Positions 27,249 to 41,164 of a stretch of DNA of 64,000 nt are shown here, in pieces (the stretch's first letter is position 1; every line of letters begins with the position of its first letter). Location of the stretch: positions 54,643,639 to 54,707,638 of the forward strand of contig NC_068995.1 of the NCBI RefSeq assembly GCF_001194135.2, read 5' to 3'. This DNA comes from Octopus bimaculoides (Eukaryota). The notes beneath the pieces are model-generated. The model worked only from the letters and a program-made list of their open reading frames with translations. It made no database searches and was not told the DNA's origin. The position numbers and the translations under genes are program-made.

Positions 27249-29774
27249 GAAACACGCGCACACACACATATATACATGTAGGTGTGCATATGTGTGCACT
27301 TTGACGCGCGTGTGTTATAATCGCCTGTATAAAATTCACTATTATATTTACTAAACCAATAGCTGCCACCTGTCGTAAATGTAGTGAAAACAAGTAGTAA
27401 ACAAATGTGCATTAAGAATCCTAAACTAAATGCGCTTAAAATCTTTTACCGTAACCAAAACACCAATGTTGTTTGCAAATCTTATTTAAGGCTACAACAC
27501 AACGAACAGGAAAACAAGTAAAATACATTTAGAAAATATTCGAACACAAACAGTTATTTTAATTCCCCGAAGTCTCGTTTAGAAAATGATTTTCAAGGTG
27601 GATTGCATTGCGTAAATGTGTTAGCATTTAAAGATATACATAAAATGGCTTCGAGTTAGAACAGTATCAATCAACAGAAATTAATCTCTAGGGAATTGGT
27701 TCCATTGATTCAAAATATTTGTCGTTGTTTTTTTTTATTTTTTTTATTTTCTATGTGTACACATATGTAGTTAATGGACCTCTATTTTTTTTGTTTCCTT
27801 TACATTGGATTTTTTTTTATATATTTACTCCTTTAAACCATCATCGTTGAAACGTCTGATAATAGCAATTCCATTCATTATTATTTTCTTGCACACAAAG
27901 AAAACTTTTTCTTCTTTTGTAAGGATATTGGTAGATAACCGATACAGTGTATTATTATTCGATTGTTTACTCGCATTCGTTAATTGTGAAAGATTGAGAA
28001 TGATATACGTGTATTTTCAGTCCAGTAGATTGAAGCACAAACAAAAGATCATACTACAGAATGGCACAAATTCTCTCGTGAATTACTCTACAATTTAAAA
28101 AAAAACGTTTAAAATTTTCATCGACTCTCATGTCCAGTTATTTTGAAACATTCGCTTCTGTGTTTATTGTTTAGTCTCAGATTGTCACCGATCGAGAACA
28201 CTTATCACCACATGTGTCTCAAGCTTGGCCAACCAATCTTCTATTCAGAAATAATGAACTTAAATAGTTAGGGTGTATATTTATGGGGATTTAGTATGAG
28301 TAGAAATAACGTAAACAGTTTATGTCTTGTCTGGTATGAGTTGGTGATTGACGATGAATCACTAGCATCGTAACTGAAATAATTTTGATTCTGAAATTGG
28401 GTTTCCAGCTGACATAGCCTTCGGAAAATAATTTCTAAAGAAGGTCGGGAAGTTAGTCGTAATATTTGCTTATTGTAGCTGCTGCTACCGCTTCTGCTGT
28501 TTTGATTGGTGTCTACTCTAATGGTACAGGCCTTCCATCGAATGAATCTTATTCTAAATTTAAAGACAGTATATAGAAATATAATGCATGTTGCATCCAT
28601 GCAGTATATTAGAGAGCATGGATAAAGACTGTTAGTTCGGAACTATCTTATCAATTTAAGCAGAAATTATTGTATTTACTCAACTCAATAAATGCGATTT
28701 ATTGATCCTTCAGTGAAAATTGTAAATGAACACAAAGGAAAATTTCTGAAACGTTTCCAATAATACACTTCTACAATCACTAGCAACCTATCGCTTGAAA
28801 TAGGATCACAGATACGCTGCGAATGTCAGTTGACAATATATTTCGAACAAAATACTAATATCGTAAAATATAAGTATATGTATGATACGGAAAATTATAA
28901 CATATTGTTGAGAAATAGGATGGGACGGTAACAATTTCAAATCATTTCTTGATGCTATGCTAGTTTCAAACATAAACAGTCAATTCAAATCATAAAGATT
29001 TAATTTGCAAATAATACTTAACAAATTAAATTACATGGCAGTGATTGCCGATATTGTTAATCTGGCATGAATACCCGACACTAAAACATAGCTTATGAAC
29101 GAAACAACGAGTGGTTTTGATTTCAGTGGCATCTATAAACATTAATACTTTTAACTAAACTTATCGCTAAGCAAAACTTTGATATTGATACACACAGACA
29201 TATACACACTCAAGTGCGAGAAGAAGGAAGGCATGGCAATGTAGAGAATGAGATATTAATACGCGTTAGTGCAAACCCGATGACAAACTATTCCCCTTTC
29301 TCCATACATATTAAGAAAGAGATGCTCACTGTATGTGATAGAACAAAAAATAATTAAAATGAAATAAATTCGGAGAAAGTGTGAGACAGAGAGAGGGAGC
29401 GAACAATAAATGACTTTCATTTACAGAAAGCTGAGGCTTTTCATTTTTCGGCTCACAGTGTCAGCTCTACTTTCGTTACCAAAGACGTACGGAAACTTTC
29501 TTTTCCCCGATTCCTGAATACTTCCACAATTTTCTGGGGTCCAAACATATATCGAAAATGTTCAATGTCGTATAAGCCACTCTAAATATGCAGAACCTAA
29601 ACGGTTCAGCGAAAAGGTGCTTCTCTTATTGTATACTCAGTTTGAATATGACTTACTGACCTGTTCTTCTTTTATCGCTCTCTAAATTCACTATTTCGCG
29701 CTCTATACATTTCCCTCTCTATATCTCTACGTATATAATTGTGTGTGCATATGTGTGTGACACTGTGTGTATGT

Positions 29775-29809
<35 letters not shown>

Positions 29810-30720
29810 TATGCGTAAATATAAAATTAGAATGGCTCATTGTTTCTTTTCGCTTGATATCATGCTTAGCGAACCTTGTTCATGTCAAATACTCAAGAAT
29901 GAAAATTGTTTTCCCTGCAGAGGAATTGCTCATACAAAATTCCTATTAGCATAATTTTAATAAAGTTAGCTCCACTGGCTATGAACAATTTGTAAACCAC
30001 TTTCTCTTAATATTGTTACACTTGCAATTTTTGTTGATGGTAATATATACACCAGTAGCAACTCCGCAAACAAGGCGTGATAGCAAAGACATTCCAGTCG
30101 TTTCCAACACCATGTGTTTAGCAAAATCTAGATATAAATATTATGTAACATAATGTTTATTTATTGAAGACGGTTGGATGTCATTCCGTGGAGATGAACT
30201 GTCATTTATAGCGTAGCCATGAAGTAGGTAGGCCGTCTTTCACTGTGGTTGTGTGGAGCGCTCTTATTCATTTTGTTGTATAATCTTTAGGATGTCCTGT
30301 GTTGAGATGTGACGAAAAGGAATCCACTCGTGTACAATACAGACAGACATACAGACACACACACACATATATATGTATACATATATATACATATATATAT
30401 ATATATAATTACATATGTATACATCTAGATAGATACATACATGCACACATAATGATGCGTTGTGTCTCCTGAGTGTGCTACAGGTACAAACGCTTGCTTA
30501 GTCAACAGGCCGTCGACTAGCCCCATGATGCCACGACGCTGTTTTGCGGAGTGTTGTCATTTTGGACATATTCTATGATAGAATGCATTACTCATTCAAG
30601 TCGAAGCGGTCATGAAAACATTTGCTAATATGTATACTAGATATAACTATGTGTGTTTAGTTGAATAAATTCATTTCATTCAAATGCGAAGAAAAATATG
30701 AAATAGAGAAATATAGTGTA

Positions 30721-30869
30721 GCAGTGGCGATGCCGTATGATTTAGAAAAAGTTATACGGCACTCCCGCAAATTCACACCCACAGACTGGAGTAGTGGCGA
30801 TGCCGCATGATTTAGAAAAAGTTATACGGTACTCCTGCAAATTCACACCCACAGATTGTTGTAGTGGCG
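30721..30869. repeat. 70-bp tandem repeat, two copies plus the start of a third, each with an internal hairpin
   Basis: Units begin at 30721, 30791 and 30861 (G[C/T]AGTGGCG); the TGCCGTAT/ATACGGCA inverted repeat is intact in copy 1. Confidence 0.9.
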
Positions 30870-33708
30870 TTCGATAGTACCTGCATATAACTTCGGTTCT
30901 TGATACCCCCGCGTAACTGCGTGTAATTCATAGGAAATTACGTCATAGGAATCTACTCTCAACATATAAATACTTCTAAGATAAGGGACGTTAAAAATCA
31001 TACACAAATTCACAACTCTGTTGGAGAATTTAGTTTCATTGAAATAGTTTGCATTATAGAATATAAAGCACTTTTTAAAATGGCCCTCTTTATTTCTCCG
31101 AGCTCGTAACCCCCGCTGGTTGTGTTCCTTTCAAAAACGTCACATACTAAAAGAATAGCAATTTTCTTAACTGTAAAGCAGAATTAACATATTGCTGCCG
31201 GAAGCTAATCTTCTGTTTAGATCGTTTAGGTCGTTAACCCTCTTACATAAATTTCAATGAGATTAATATTTCCGGCAAATTTTTAGACAAAATTTATGCA
31301 ACAAAACCCAACAGTCACTAAGACAATTCACAGTGCTTATCCTATCAACGCCATCCTGTTAAACAATGTGTTTAATAAAGCGAAATTTAAAATATCATCC
31401 AATAATAAAATGTAGACACCCACTGCAAGCGCGCACGCAAGTGAATGAATATATGAATATATACATGTCAGAGGGTGTGAGCGATTAATATCTGTATTCT
31501 ATATATAATATATAATGTATATGCCTTAAATACATACGTAGGCGCACAGCTCGTGTCTGTGCGTGTGTGTGTTTCCACATTCATATATAAAAGTATACCA
31601 AAGTCTATATATAAAGAGCGAACACTTTATTTTTCATATTTGTTGTTTTAAAGACTCGAATACGTAAGATATTTATTTTAATATATATACACATTATTAA
31701 TGGTTACTATAATATCTTTCTTAGTGTATGTTTTCAGTCTGCAAAATACTCTTCCAAACTTCATTAGTATGACACTGAGTTCTATGTGAATGAGTTTCTA
31801 TATACTACAGACATATGGCTTCTTTATATCCATAATGATTTTCTTAGGGGTAAATACGAGAATTCAAATACTTAATATCCTCTCATGACAGTATTTTGTG
31901 CTTTTAAATATCAATATCAACTTCTAATTTCATTTAAAGACCGTAGATATTCTCCGCTTTCAATATAAAAGTGTCAGCTTCATATAATAGTTATGGTAAA
32001 TTTTTATTTTGAATGCAACTGATACAATGATGTCATGGAAACAATGACATTATTATTGGTAGGAATAAATCGCTAGAAATACAAGACATGACAAGTGTTA
32101 TGAATGGTAGAATCTGAAGAAGAGACAGCAGTAGCTAGCGTCGGTAGCGGCATTAGTGTTAACGAAGATATATGTGGCAGCAGTGATATAAATTTCATAC
32201 GAAGAGAACGGTATAGTGATGGAAAAGAGACACACCAGTAACACAGAAACCGCTACAGCCTGTCGATAGAGAGAGCGGAATAGTTTACAGCAATTGCAAA
32301 AACTGTGATAGAAGCAGCATGGTGTTTAGCCGTAATTGCATGAATCATGAAAGTTTATGAATTAGAAAGTACTAATGAGCGAAAACAAACCTAGAACGAA
32401 CACAAATATAAATTGCATGATTTTGTAAAGTTATTATTCACAAGAATAGAAGAAAGAGTATTAAAGAATTGAAGTAACTACAAATAATTTGATATATTCG
32501 TTCAATATCGTTTCAAACCAAGGGAGATTTCACTATCAGATGATTCATGGATGAAAATATCATTTACGTAATTGAAAAGGGACAAAATATTTTTCATTCT
32601 TTCGATCAAAACCTTCAACTCTCATGATACTACAAACGTGTAAATATTCCTAATACACACAAAGATTAAGCGTTCTTCTGTAATCGAGTGTTTGACACTG
32701 AAAGGGCTTGAAAAATCTATACAGAAAAGCGACTTAGAGAATGCGTCAATTTTCAATTACTATTTCACAGTGATAGTGGTGATCTAGCACTGATAAAAGA
32801 ACACTATCTAAATATATGTAGATTGTTTCGTTAGAAAGTTTCTGGCATATTATAGTTCTTATATGGATTTTGGCACCTTTTATTTTAAAACGTGGTAATT
32901 TTAATGTTGCTTTACATCAATTCGGGAGCAATAACATAGTAACCAATAATATTCTGAAGTCCACGCAGTAATCTCGTACATTGTGAAGTGATCTTATGGC
33001 TGGTGTACAAAAATCATTTATTATTTGTCACATATACACTCACACATGACATGTATGTATGTATGTATGTGTGTGTGAGTATGATTATTTAGTTTCATTT
33101 TTAGAATCCTTGTTAATAGAGAAAGATACGGTTTCTAACCTACATCCACAACACATTCAGTACAACTTTAGCACCAATAGTGCAGTTGTGCGTGTTTGTG
33201 TGATTATGTGCAAGTATTTGTGGTTAGTTCATGTGAAGATCAGCTTGTTTTGGTCGTGTATTTTTACTCATGCATATAGGTTCAGGATATGTGCCTATGT
33301 ACTTATATGTTAACAATCTGAATAACTTTACATAATTTGATATTTCGATTGAGGGTTTGCAATTGTAGTCTACTAATAAGCTTCCTCCATTCTGAATTAC
33401 TTCTGCATATATGGCTTCTGAAGCTGATCTTTCTTAAGCTGGTTGTTATGTTGATATCTACTAAACAACTGATTTCTACTACCACGCATACTTTCTCTTC
33501 TGTGTCACTGCTTTATTATGTTTGTATTGTATTGAGGGATTCATTAAGAAATTCTTCCAGTTCTTTTTCCTATTATTAATGGTTTTGATGTTCACCCCAC
33601 TGTGAGATCTTATATCTTTGGTCTCAGGTTCACATTTCTAACAGATCTCATTGTTTACAGCACATCATCTTGTCTTATAATTAGATAAAGACTCATATAT
33701 ATACATAC

Positions 33709-33739
<31 letters not shown>

Positions 33740-34529
33740 TGTATGTATGTTGCATATGCGTATTTACAGGCAGAATGACACTACTGGGCTCGTATGCTAG
33801 GATGTTGGCGATTTGGCACGAGTTATGGACAATGAACTTCGTTTGGTGATGACATTTTTGGAGACCAGTGTCATTATTTTACAGACAGTGATCTTCCCTT
33901 GTGCATTAGTATTCCTTTTCCTACACAGGAAATTCCACTTTACACTCGACTCGACTGGATCTTTATGCCGTCGGTTGCATATTAATGCATTCCACACAAA
34001 ACTTCTCATACAGGGGCACTATTCATAATATTGCCGTCTTACACAAATCTGTGGAACTTTAAGACAGTAAATATAAATGTATGTAACATTTTATTAATTA
34101 ATTTCTAGTAAGCATTTTGATTTAAAAAGGAAAACATTATTCATAAAGATAAACATCAGAAATAACCTAAAATATATCTTCCTGTCTCTTAAACATCATC
34201 TGCTCTATTTATATGGAAGCAGTATATTGGTATATTGGCAAGTTGTGTTTTGTTGTTTACTTTTCGATAATTCCTGATTGAGTATCCGTCTGATCAAGGG
34301 CTTTACATTGCTGGCAGCTTCATCTGTTTAGAGGTTTTAAACTCTAGCTTATATTGTGCTTGAATAGGCATCTGTCTGTCATTTCTCGGAAAATAGGGGA
34401 ACCACGTAGATTTTTCCTTCGATAATTTGCTATTTGCATGAGCTGAAAGTTTTGTTATATAGACAAACCTTTTCTTATCGCAAGTAGCGGAATAATTGAT
34501 GATATAAACAAGAGTACCAACACCCAAAG

Positions 34530-34625
34530 TGAAACTCAGAAGTGATCGCCGTTAGATTTGAACTCAGAATGTAAAGGTCCGTAAATACGTGCTGAATATT
34601 TTAAACGGCTGAAACAGTTGCTTTT
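34530..34625 (-). mobile_element. SINE family A, degraded fragment
   Basis: GATTTGAACTCAGAATGTAAAG similar to the family A core. Confidence 0.4.
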
Positions 34626-35323
34626 TCCCACCAATTGTGGTTAGATACAACGGGAAGAACTTTCCTCATGCACAGTAATCAATTAAGATCACGAATTCTA
34701 TATTATTTACTCAATAGTTATTTAAGATAGGCTTACAGAATAATAATTATGTGAATGGCCTTTTACGATGTCGTTCTTTAAGCGAATATTCTGAAATTCA
34801 ATTTCAACTTTTAATGATAAAATTATAAACACATGACTTATTAAATAACCAATTAATGATACACTTACACATCAGCAACAATATCTCCGGGAAGAATCCG
34901 TAAACTTAAATATTTTGCTCCTTTCCTTCAAATCTATTCACGCGCACATATTCCTGTAAACATTTCATATCGGAATCACTGCCTTACTATATATAAGGAG
35001 GGAAACTCCCATCACTTTAATCCAAAGTGTTTTTGTAAAATCACACTTTTCGCAGTAATTAACAGTCGAAATATTTCTAATTGCCATGCATTCTAATTGC
35101 GATGATTTGTAATATTTAATCGTTAGGCTATTAAATACAGAGTAAACGCAACTGTAGCATAAATAGAAGGAATCAGAGCTGTAATAAGTGAGGAAATGTA
35201 CGCGATCATCAGCGTCTATTTTTCGTATGTTTCAAGAAATTAGACACTTTCTTCTATAGATGATTAAAAGTAGTGTGATCAAAATATTCGTAGTGTCAAA
35301 CATGAATAATTACTAGTACTGAA

Positions 35324-35765
35324 GCAGGAGTGGCTGTGTGATAGCAACCACATGGTTCCGGGTTCAGTCCCATTGTGTGGCACATTGGGCAAGTGTCTTC
35401 TACTATATCCTCATGGTCTACCAAAGCCTTGTGAATGTATTTGGATGACGGAAACTGAAAACGGTGTGTGTGTGTGTGTGTGCGTGTGTGTGTGTGTGCA
35501 TCCGTGTTTGTCCCCCCAACNNNNNNNNNNGTGTGTGTGCGTGTGTGTGTGTGTGCATCCGTGTTTGTCCCCCCAACATCGCTTGACAACCGCTGCTGGC
35601 GTGTTTACGTCCAGTAACTTAGGGGTTAGAGAAAAGAGACCGATAGAATAAGTATAACGCTTACAAAGAATAAGTCCTGTATCAATCTGCTCGACTAAAG
35701 GCGGTGCTCCAGCATGGCCGCAGCCAAATGCCTGACATAAATCAAAGAATAAAAGAAAAGAAAAA
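35324..35765 (+). mobile_element. tRNA-derived SINE, family B (internal GT microsatellite, AAAAG-type tail)
   Basis: Head GCAGGAGTGGCTGTGTG...GGTTCCGGGTTCAGTCCC, body GACGGAAACTGAAA, GTCCCCCCAACATCGCTTGACAACC, 3' GGCGGTGCTCCAGCATGGCCGCAG; multiple copies in the window. Confidence 0.85.
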
Positions 35766-38038
35766 AAGAACGTACATGCTTTACTATTTTATAGGTGGTT
35801 TTAGCTTCATGACATGCTTGTATAATATACAGAACTTCCGAAACATCATTCATTAGAAACATGTATTGCTTTATGGTCATAGCATTTAAAAGATGCTCCT
35901 TTTAGCATCCATGTGTTAATAAAAATCAACGTCTACTCATTGCAGCTTAAGTACAAAACTAACGAATGTTGCTTTCCATTGTCTTAAACTATGACATGTA
36001 TATCACTACCTCCAGAAATATAAGCAATGTGTCTTTTAACAGCTGTTTTAAGCTTCGTGACATGCCTGTATAATGTTAAAGACACGTATTTTCTTAATTC
36101 TCAGTTGTCACTCCAATACCCAAAAATATGTAGTGTATGACAAAATCATGAAGTGAAAATTCCACTTATTCCTCACATCCTGATACATACTTAGGATTAA
36201 AAAGAAAATCTGAAAGATGATCTAACTTATTTAATAAAAAGATACCATATAAAAAATTTAGAAATCAACATTCGCAGCCAGGATATCGATTGAGATGTCA
36301 TTGACAGATATTGAATTGGAGCCAGAATTGTAATTCTATAAAAGAGTTTGAATTGTATTGAAGTTTTGAAAATACTAGAAAGGTTCGTAGCAATGTATGA
36401 AACACCTGTTATGTATATATACCCGTGCAAGGGTGGATCTGAACAAACCACGATGGAGAATCACATAGTCATTTTATTATTGGATTTACGAGCGAAATTA
36501 CTGGGCATTTCAAACAATGTGTATTCCAAACAATTCTCAGGTGCATATCTGTGTACGCACACACACGCGCGCGCGCATATCTGATGATAAACCCTTCATG
36601 TTGTCAGATGTTAGCACCGTCACAAACATTTGTACATCGATAGCCGAAAATGAAATGCACGTATGCGTCACCTATGCCCCTCTTGAAATACATAACCGTA
36701 AAGTATTTCAATGGCAGATTTATCTCAGATTTCCTTTTTCAAAAGTTGAATATCAGAAGTTGAATATCCAGAAGTCGTTTGCCGTTTTACTTTACTATTT
36801 TCCGTTTCCTACACGTTTGTTCTACGGCCAGTCACAAACTTCCGCATTTCTGCATACGCGTATACTTACGGACATGCTTTTTTACACATTTCTGATATGC
36901 ACAACTCTTTTCCGTTTAGTATCTCAGTCCATTAAACGTTACTCTTGGCAACAGTTCGTCTTTAGCTGAGTGAGTTTAGGCCCATTGATAAAATTGTTTG
37001 CATCAGGGGAAGATGTTTGGAATAAGAAAAAATTAAATAAATAAGATAAAATAAATCTTCATAGAAATAAGATAAAACCGTTTTTTAATACTTATTTCTT
37101 TATTTATTTCGACACACATATTATATGTTCATATCGTCTTCTTCCTTCAAAAAGCAATTGTTATGTAGGGAAGTACTGTGGCCGAGAGGTAAATATATGT
37201 ATACATGTATACCTGGAAATGCTTTACAACCTGTACTGTAACGATGGTAACGAATACTATAGGCATAATACTTGTAATGTTTCTAAGAACGGCAATGATA
37301 ATAACAACATCAACAACGATAATAGCATGGGCTTAAAATGAGAAAATTTTGTCTGATTCTACTCCAAAATGTATCCAATAACTTAGATCTGAAAAAACAA
37401 AAACAAATCTAATGGACAAACAAAAACGTAGAACGTCAGCTATGAATCTAATACACGTCGAAATTATTAAACATTACTGCATATGCTAATTGGAGTACTA
37501 TTATTAATTATGATAGTCACCATACTATATCCTGTCAACAAATTAGCAGTGTGTATTTTCTTAGAACTTTTTACTGGTTCTATCATCGTGCATCAGAAAT
37601 ATACGAATGCGTACGCCAGATCTCCTGTTAAGATTTTAGAAGATACAAGGTAAAAATTTCGACATCGCGAGTGTAAATTAGCAGGTGTTTGACTTGAACG
37701 AAGACAAATAAAATTCCTGCCATTACTACTGACATCGCGATGTAAAAACAAAACTGAAAAAGGTATGAGCTCAATCGGGATAATATTCTATTCCACATTC
37801 CAGCGAAAACTTTTCTTACTGCATTCATATATAAAAAGGGACAATATATTGGTATGGTTATTAAAGGAAAATACTCATTTACGTTTAGTCTTGCTTCCGC
37901 AAGAAATGATAAGTTAAGGGAGTAAATTCTCAAAAGGAAAGCAAGTCACTGTAAAAATTATCAGAAATTCATACAGTACGGAAGGAGAAAAAATACGGAA
38001 AATGTATATACATAGATGAAAGTCAAGAATAGAAATAT

Positions 38039-38257
38039 TTTTTTCTACTCTAGGCACAAGGCCCGAAATTTTTAGGGGACGGGGACAGTCAATTAGATCG
38101 CCCCGAGTACGAAACTGACATTTAAATTATCGACCCGGAATGGATGAAAGGCAAAGTCGACCTCGGCGGAATTTGAACTCAGAACGTAAAGACACACGAA
38201 ATACCGCTAAGCATTTCGCCCGGCGTGTTAACGTTTCTGCCAGCTCGCCGCCTTAAC
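38039..38257 (-). mobile_element. tRNA-derived SINE, family A, full length with 12-bp TSD
   Basis: Minus-strand head GGCGGCGAGCTGGCAGAAACGTTA (A box) and GAGTTCAAATTCC (B box); flanking direct repeat GAATAGAAATAT at 38027-38038 and 38258-38269; homologous copies elsewhere in the window. Confidence 0.9.
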
Positions 38258-38393
38258 GAATAGAAATATCCACAACTTACATGTCGGAAACAGATGTAAC
38301 ACACGAACACACACACAAACATGCAAACACACACATACATATACACACATACATACACATTAAACAAAATCAACAAACAAATGAACAAACGCA

Positions 38394-38436
<43 letters not shown>

Positions 38437-39065
38437 TATAATAGAACATATTAGAAATACTAAATTCCAAGTAATATATGAAATCCGAATGCTGGCAAGT
38501 ATGCCAATTATAAACGTGATTGTTTATTAGTAGCAATGGGTAATACAATTGATCTTCTAAACCAGCCAAAGCACTTCTTTATGATCGATGTTTGCAATGC
38601 AATATTCTCTACGACCGGCAGTAATACAAACATGGCCAGCAAAAGCGTTCTGTAAACGGAGATTTACAACGATTTGACAAAGTTGAAAGAAATGTTAATT
38701 ACATCCGTTATGATCGTTAAAATCAAAATGTGCTGAACCCTCATATTTTCTCGTACGCATACATTTAAAATTAAATATAAAACAGTACAGGCAATATGCG
38801 CAGTAAAGGCAATAAGCGAACATCTTTTATGAAAGAAATTATTCACCAAGAGACATTTTAAAAAGAGTCACACAAACTATAAAAACCTGTTACATGACGA
38901 AAAATAACGGAAATCAAAGGAGACACAAATGACTCGGCGTTATAAAATGAATAATGACTATTTGAACAAATTTCTGATTGAGCTCCAGCCACAAACGCGC
39001 TTATCAAGAAATTCTTAAAATCTTCAAACAACTGCAGAAATACTGCTAATGAAAACTGAAGAATA

Positions 39066-39172
39066 GGCGCAGACAGGACTGTGTTGTAAGAAGCGTGTTT
39101 CCCAACTACCTGATTCAGGGTTCATTCCCACTGCGTGGCACTTTGGGCAGTTGTCTTCTACTGTAGCCCTGA
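39066..39172 (+). mobile_element. SINE family B, 5' head only
   Basis: GGCGCAG...GGGTTCATTCCCACTGCGTGGCACTTTGGGCAGTTGTCTTCTACTGTAGCC. Confidence 0.7.
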
Positions 39173-39457
39173 TTCAAGATAAACAAAGTATAAAACTATA
39201 TCTAAAGTACTCGTGTGTTTACTGAAGAAAAGAGATGCACCAATTAGTTTCTGTCTTTAATAACCTATTACTGAATAAAAGAGATATAAGGGGAGATTGT
39301 AGACAGAGGAACAACGAAAGACATGGTTTTACTCTCAGAAGGGTTTTCATAAAAAGAGAATATCTGTTATAATCCCGGAAATTGTAACAAAAAGTTAACC
39401 TATTTGTCTTAAAAGAGATGTAATTTAAAGTTCTTTCTCTGTATCTCTCTCTCTCTG

Positions 39458-39506
<49 letters not shown>

Positions 39507-39509
39507 ACT

Positions 39510-39960
39510 GGATAGCACGGAAGCCTTCAACAAATATGTTGGACCGGACCAACATAGTTACAGTGTGGTATAGTATGGCAATCACAAATATATGGACTGT
39601 CTCAAGTCGGTAATGGATAACAAGAAACAGGACAGAGATTGAAGAAACACATTCGATTGAAGAATAATGACCCAAGTCAAACTTGAAATTAAGAAAATTT
39701 TGCACTGTAATTTGCTTCTAGATCAAAAACCAGATAACAATATAATTTCAGATGATGGAGTGGAGAGGCAAAGGAAAGACAGAGATACAGAAAATTATAA
39801 TAACACAGAAAGCATAATGAAAAAATTAAGAAAAGCAAGAAAACCTCAGAAGCAAAATAGTTATCTGGAACATAGTATTCAGCTTGGTCATGATTCAGGG
39901 ATACCAGCTATATCGGGGCACTGGATGATCCATTTAGTGGAGAATTTAATGTATGAAATC
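39510..39960 (+). mobile_element. Degraded RTE-like LINE 3' remnant
   Basis: Fragments YGN..|IWTVS, RKARKPQKQNSYLE and W.IHLVENL resemble the RTE ORF C-terminus (YGSETWT..., GKR.RGRQR..YLD, W...VAN); frameshifted. Confidence 0.3.
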
Positions 39961-40307
39961 TGCATAAATTTTAAAATGTGACTATATTCTTTGTAACGAA
40001 GATATACGTTATATTTTTAAACTTCTTAAATGTTAAATGCTATTTCAATAACGGCATTGTGAAGGAAATAATACACACGGAGGCATACGTAAAAGTTAAC
40101 ACACGTACGTACGCTCATACATACGCATACACACACACACGCACACATACATACATACATGCACACACGCCCAAATTTATATTGAAAAAGAATATTTAAT
40201 AAAACGGAAGCTGAAGAAATCAATACCTGAAGTAGAGTGCTTATAGTACTTTATTACAGCTGAAAAGTATCATGATCCATTGAGTATACGATCATCAAGT
40301 AATGATA

Positions 40308-40309
<2 letters not shown>

Positions 40310-40348
<39 letters not shown>
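40310..40348. repeat. (ATG)n microsatellite
   Basis: Direct reading. Confidence 0.95.
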
Positions 40349-41085
40349 AAGCACTCTCTGCCTTTTTCTCTCTCTCTTTCTTTCCCCCACCCCTCTCTCT
40401 CTCTCTGTATATATATATAAAGATATATATACATATGTATATATAGTGCAAATAATATTATTACTATTATTATTGTAGTTATAATTATCGGTAACACTTG
40501 TATCTTGAACGAGTGAAGAGGTTTCTTGGCTATACAGAAATAATTTAAGCACGGTAAGATATGCAATGTGTCCCACATCACACGGTNNNNNNNNNNTATA
40601 TATATATATATATTTATGTATATATGTATATATATATAAAGATATATATACATATGTATATATAGTGCAAATAATATTATTACTATTATTATTGTAGTTA
40701 TAATTATCGGTAACACTTGTATCTTGAACGAGTGAAGAGGTTTCTTGGCTATACAGAAATAATTTAAGCACGGTAAGATATGCAATGTGTCCCACATCAC
40801 ACGGTATGGTAACGAATGCACATCGTTTTGTTTGCGTTTGCTTGTGAGTGTTTTTCTCTTCATCAAGTGGTTGTGCTGAAATACAATGTTTGAAGCCATA
40901 TGTAAGTCTGTGTAATATCATACGAATATAATTTAGCCGGTTTGGATTATCCTTCTTATCCATTATCAAAAACAATTTTGGTGTAAGTCAAACAGAGAAA
41001 GAAAAATTGGGGGACAGTGTTTGTACCCACATGCATATACGCGTGTACATGTATATTATGCATTTATATATATAAAATATATGCA

Positions 41086-41164
<79 letters not shown>

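Noticed and set aside
28268-28600. 110-aa minus-strand ORF
   Set aside because: No recognisable domain and no donor site; within the chance range for 64 kb.
36517-36969. 150-aa plus-strand ORF
   Set aside because: Begins in a CA/CG repeat; no recognisable motif or codon signal.
40407-40805. 180-bp exact direct duplication (40407-40586 / 40626-40805)
   Set aside because: The copies flank a 10-N gap and are identical; most likely an unmerged contig overlap or haplotype artefact. The same applies to 35460-35577 and probably 51383-51464 / 52179-52259.
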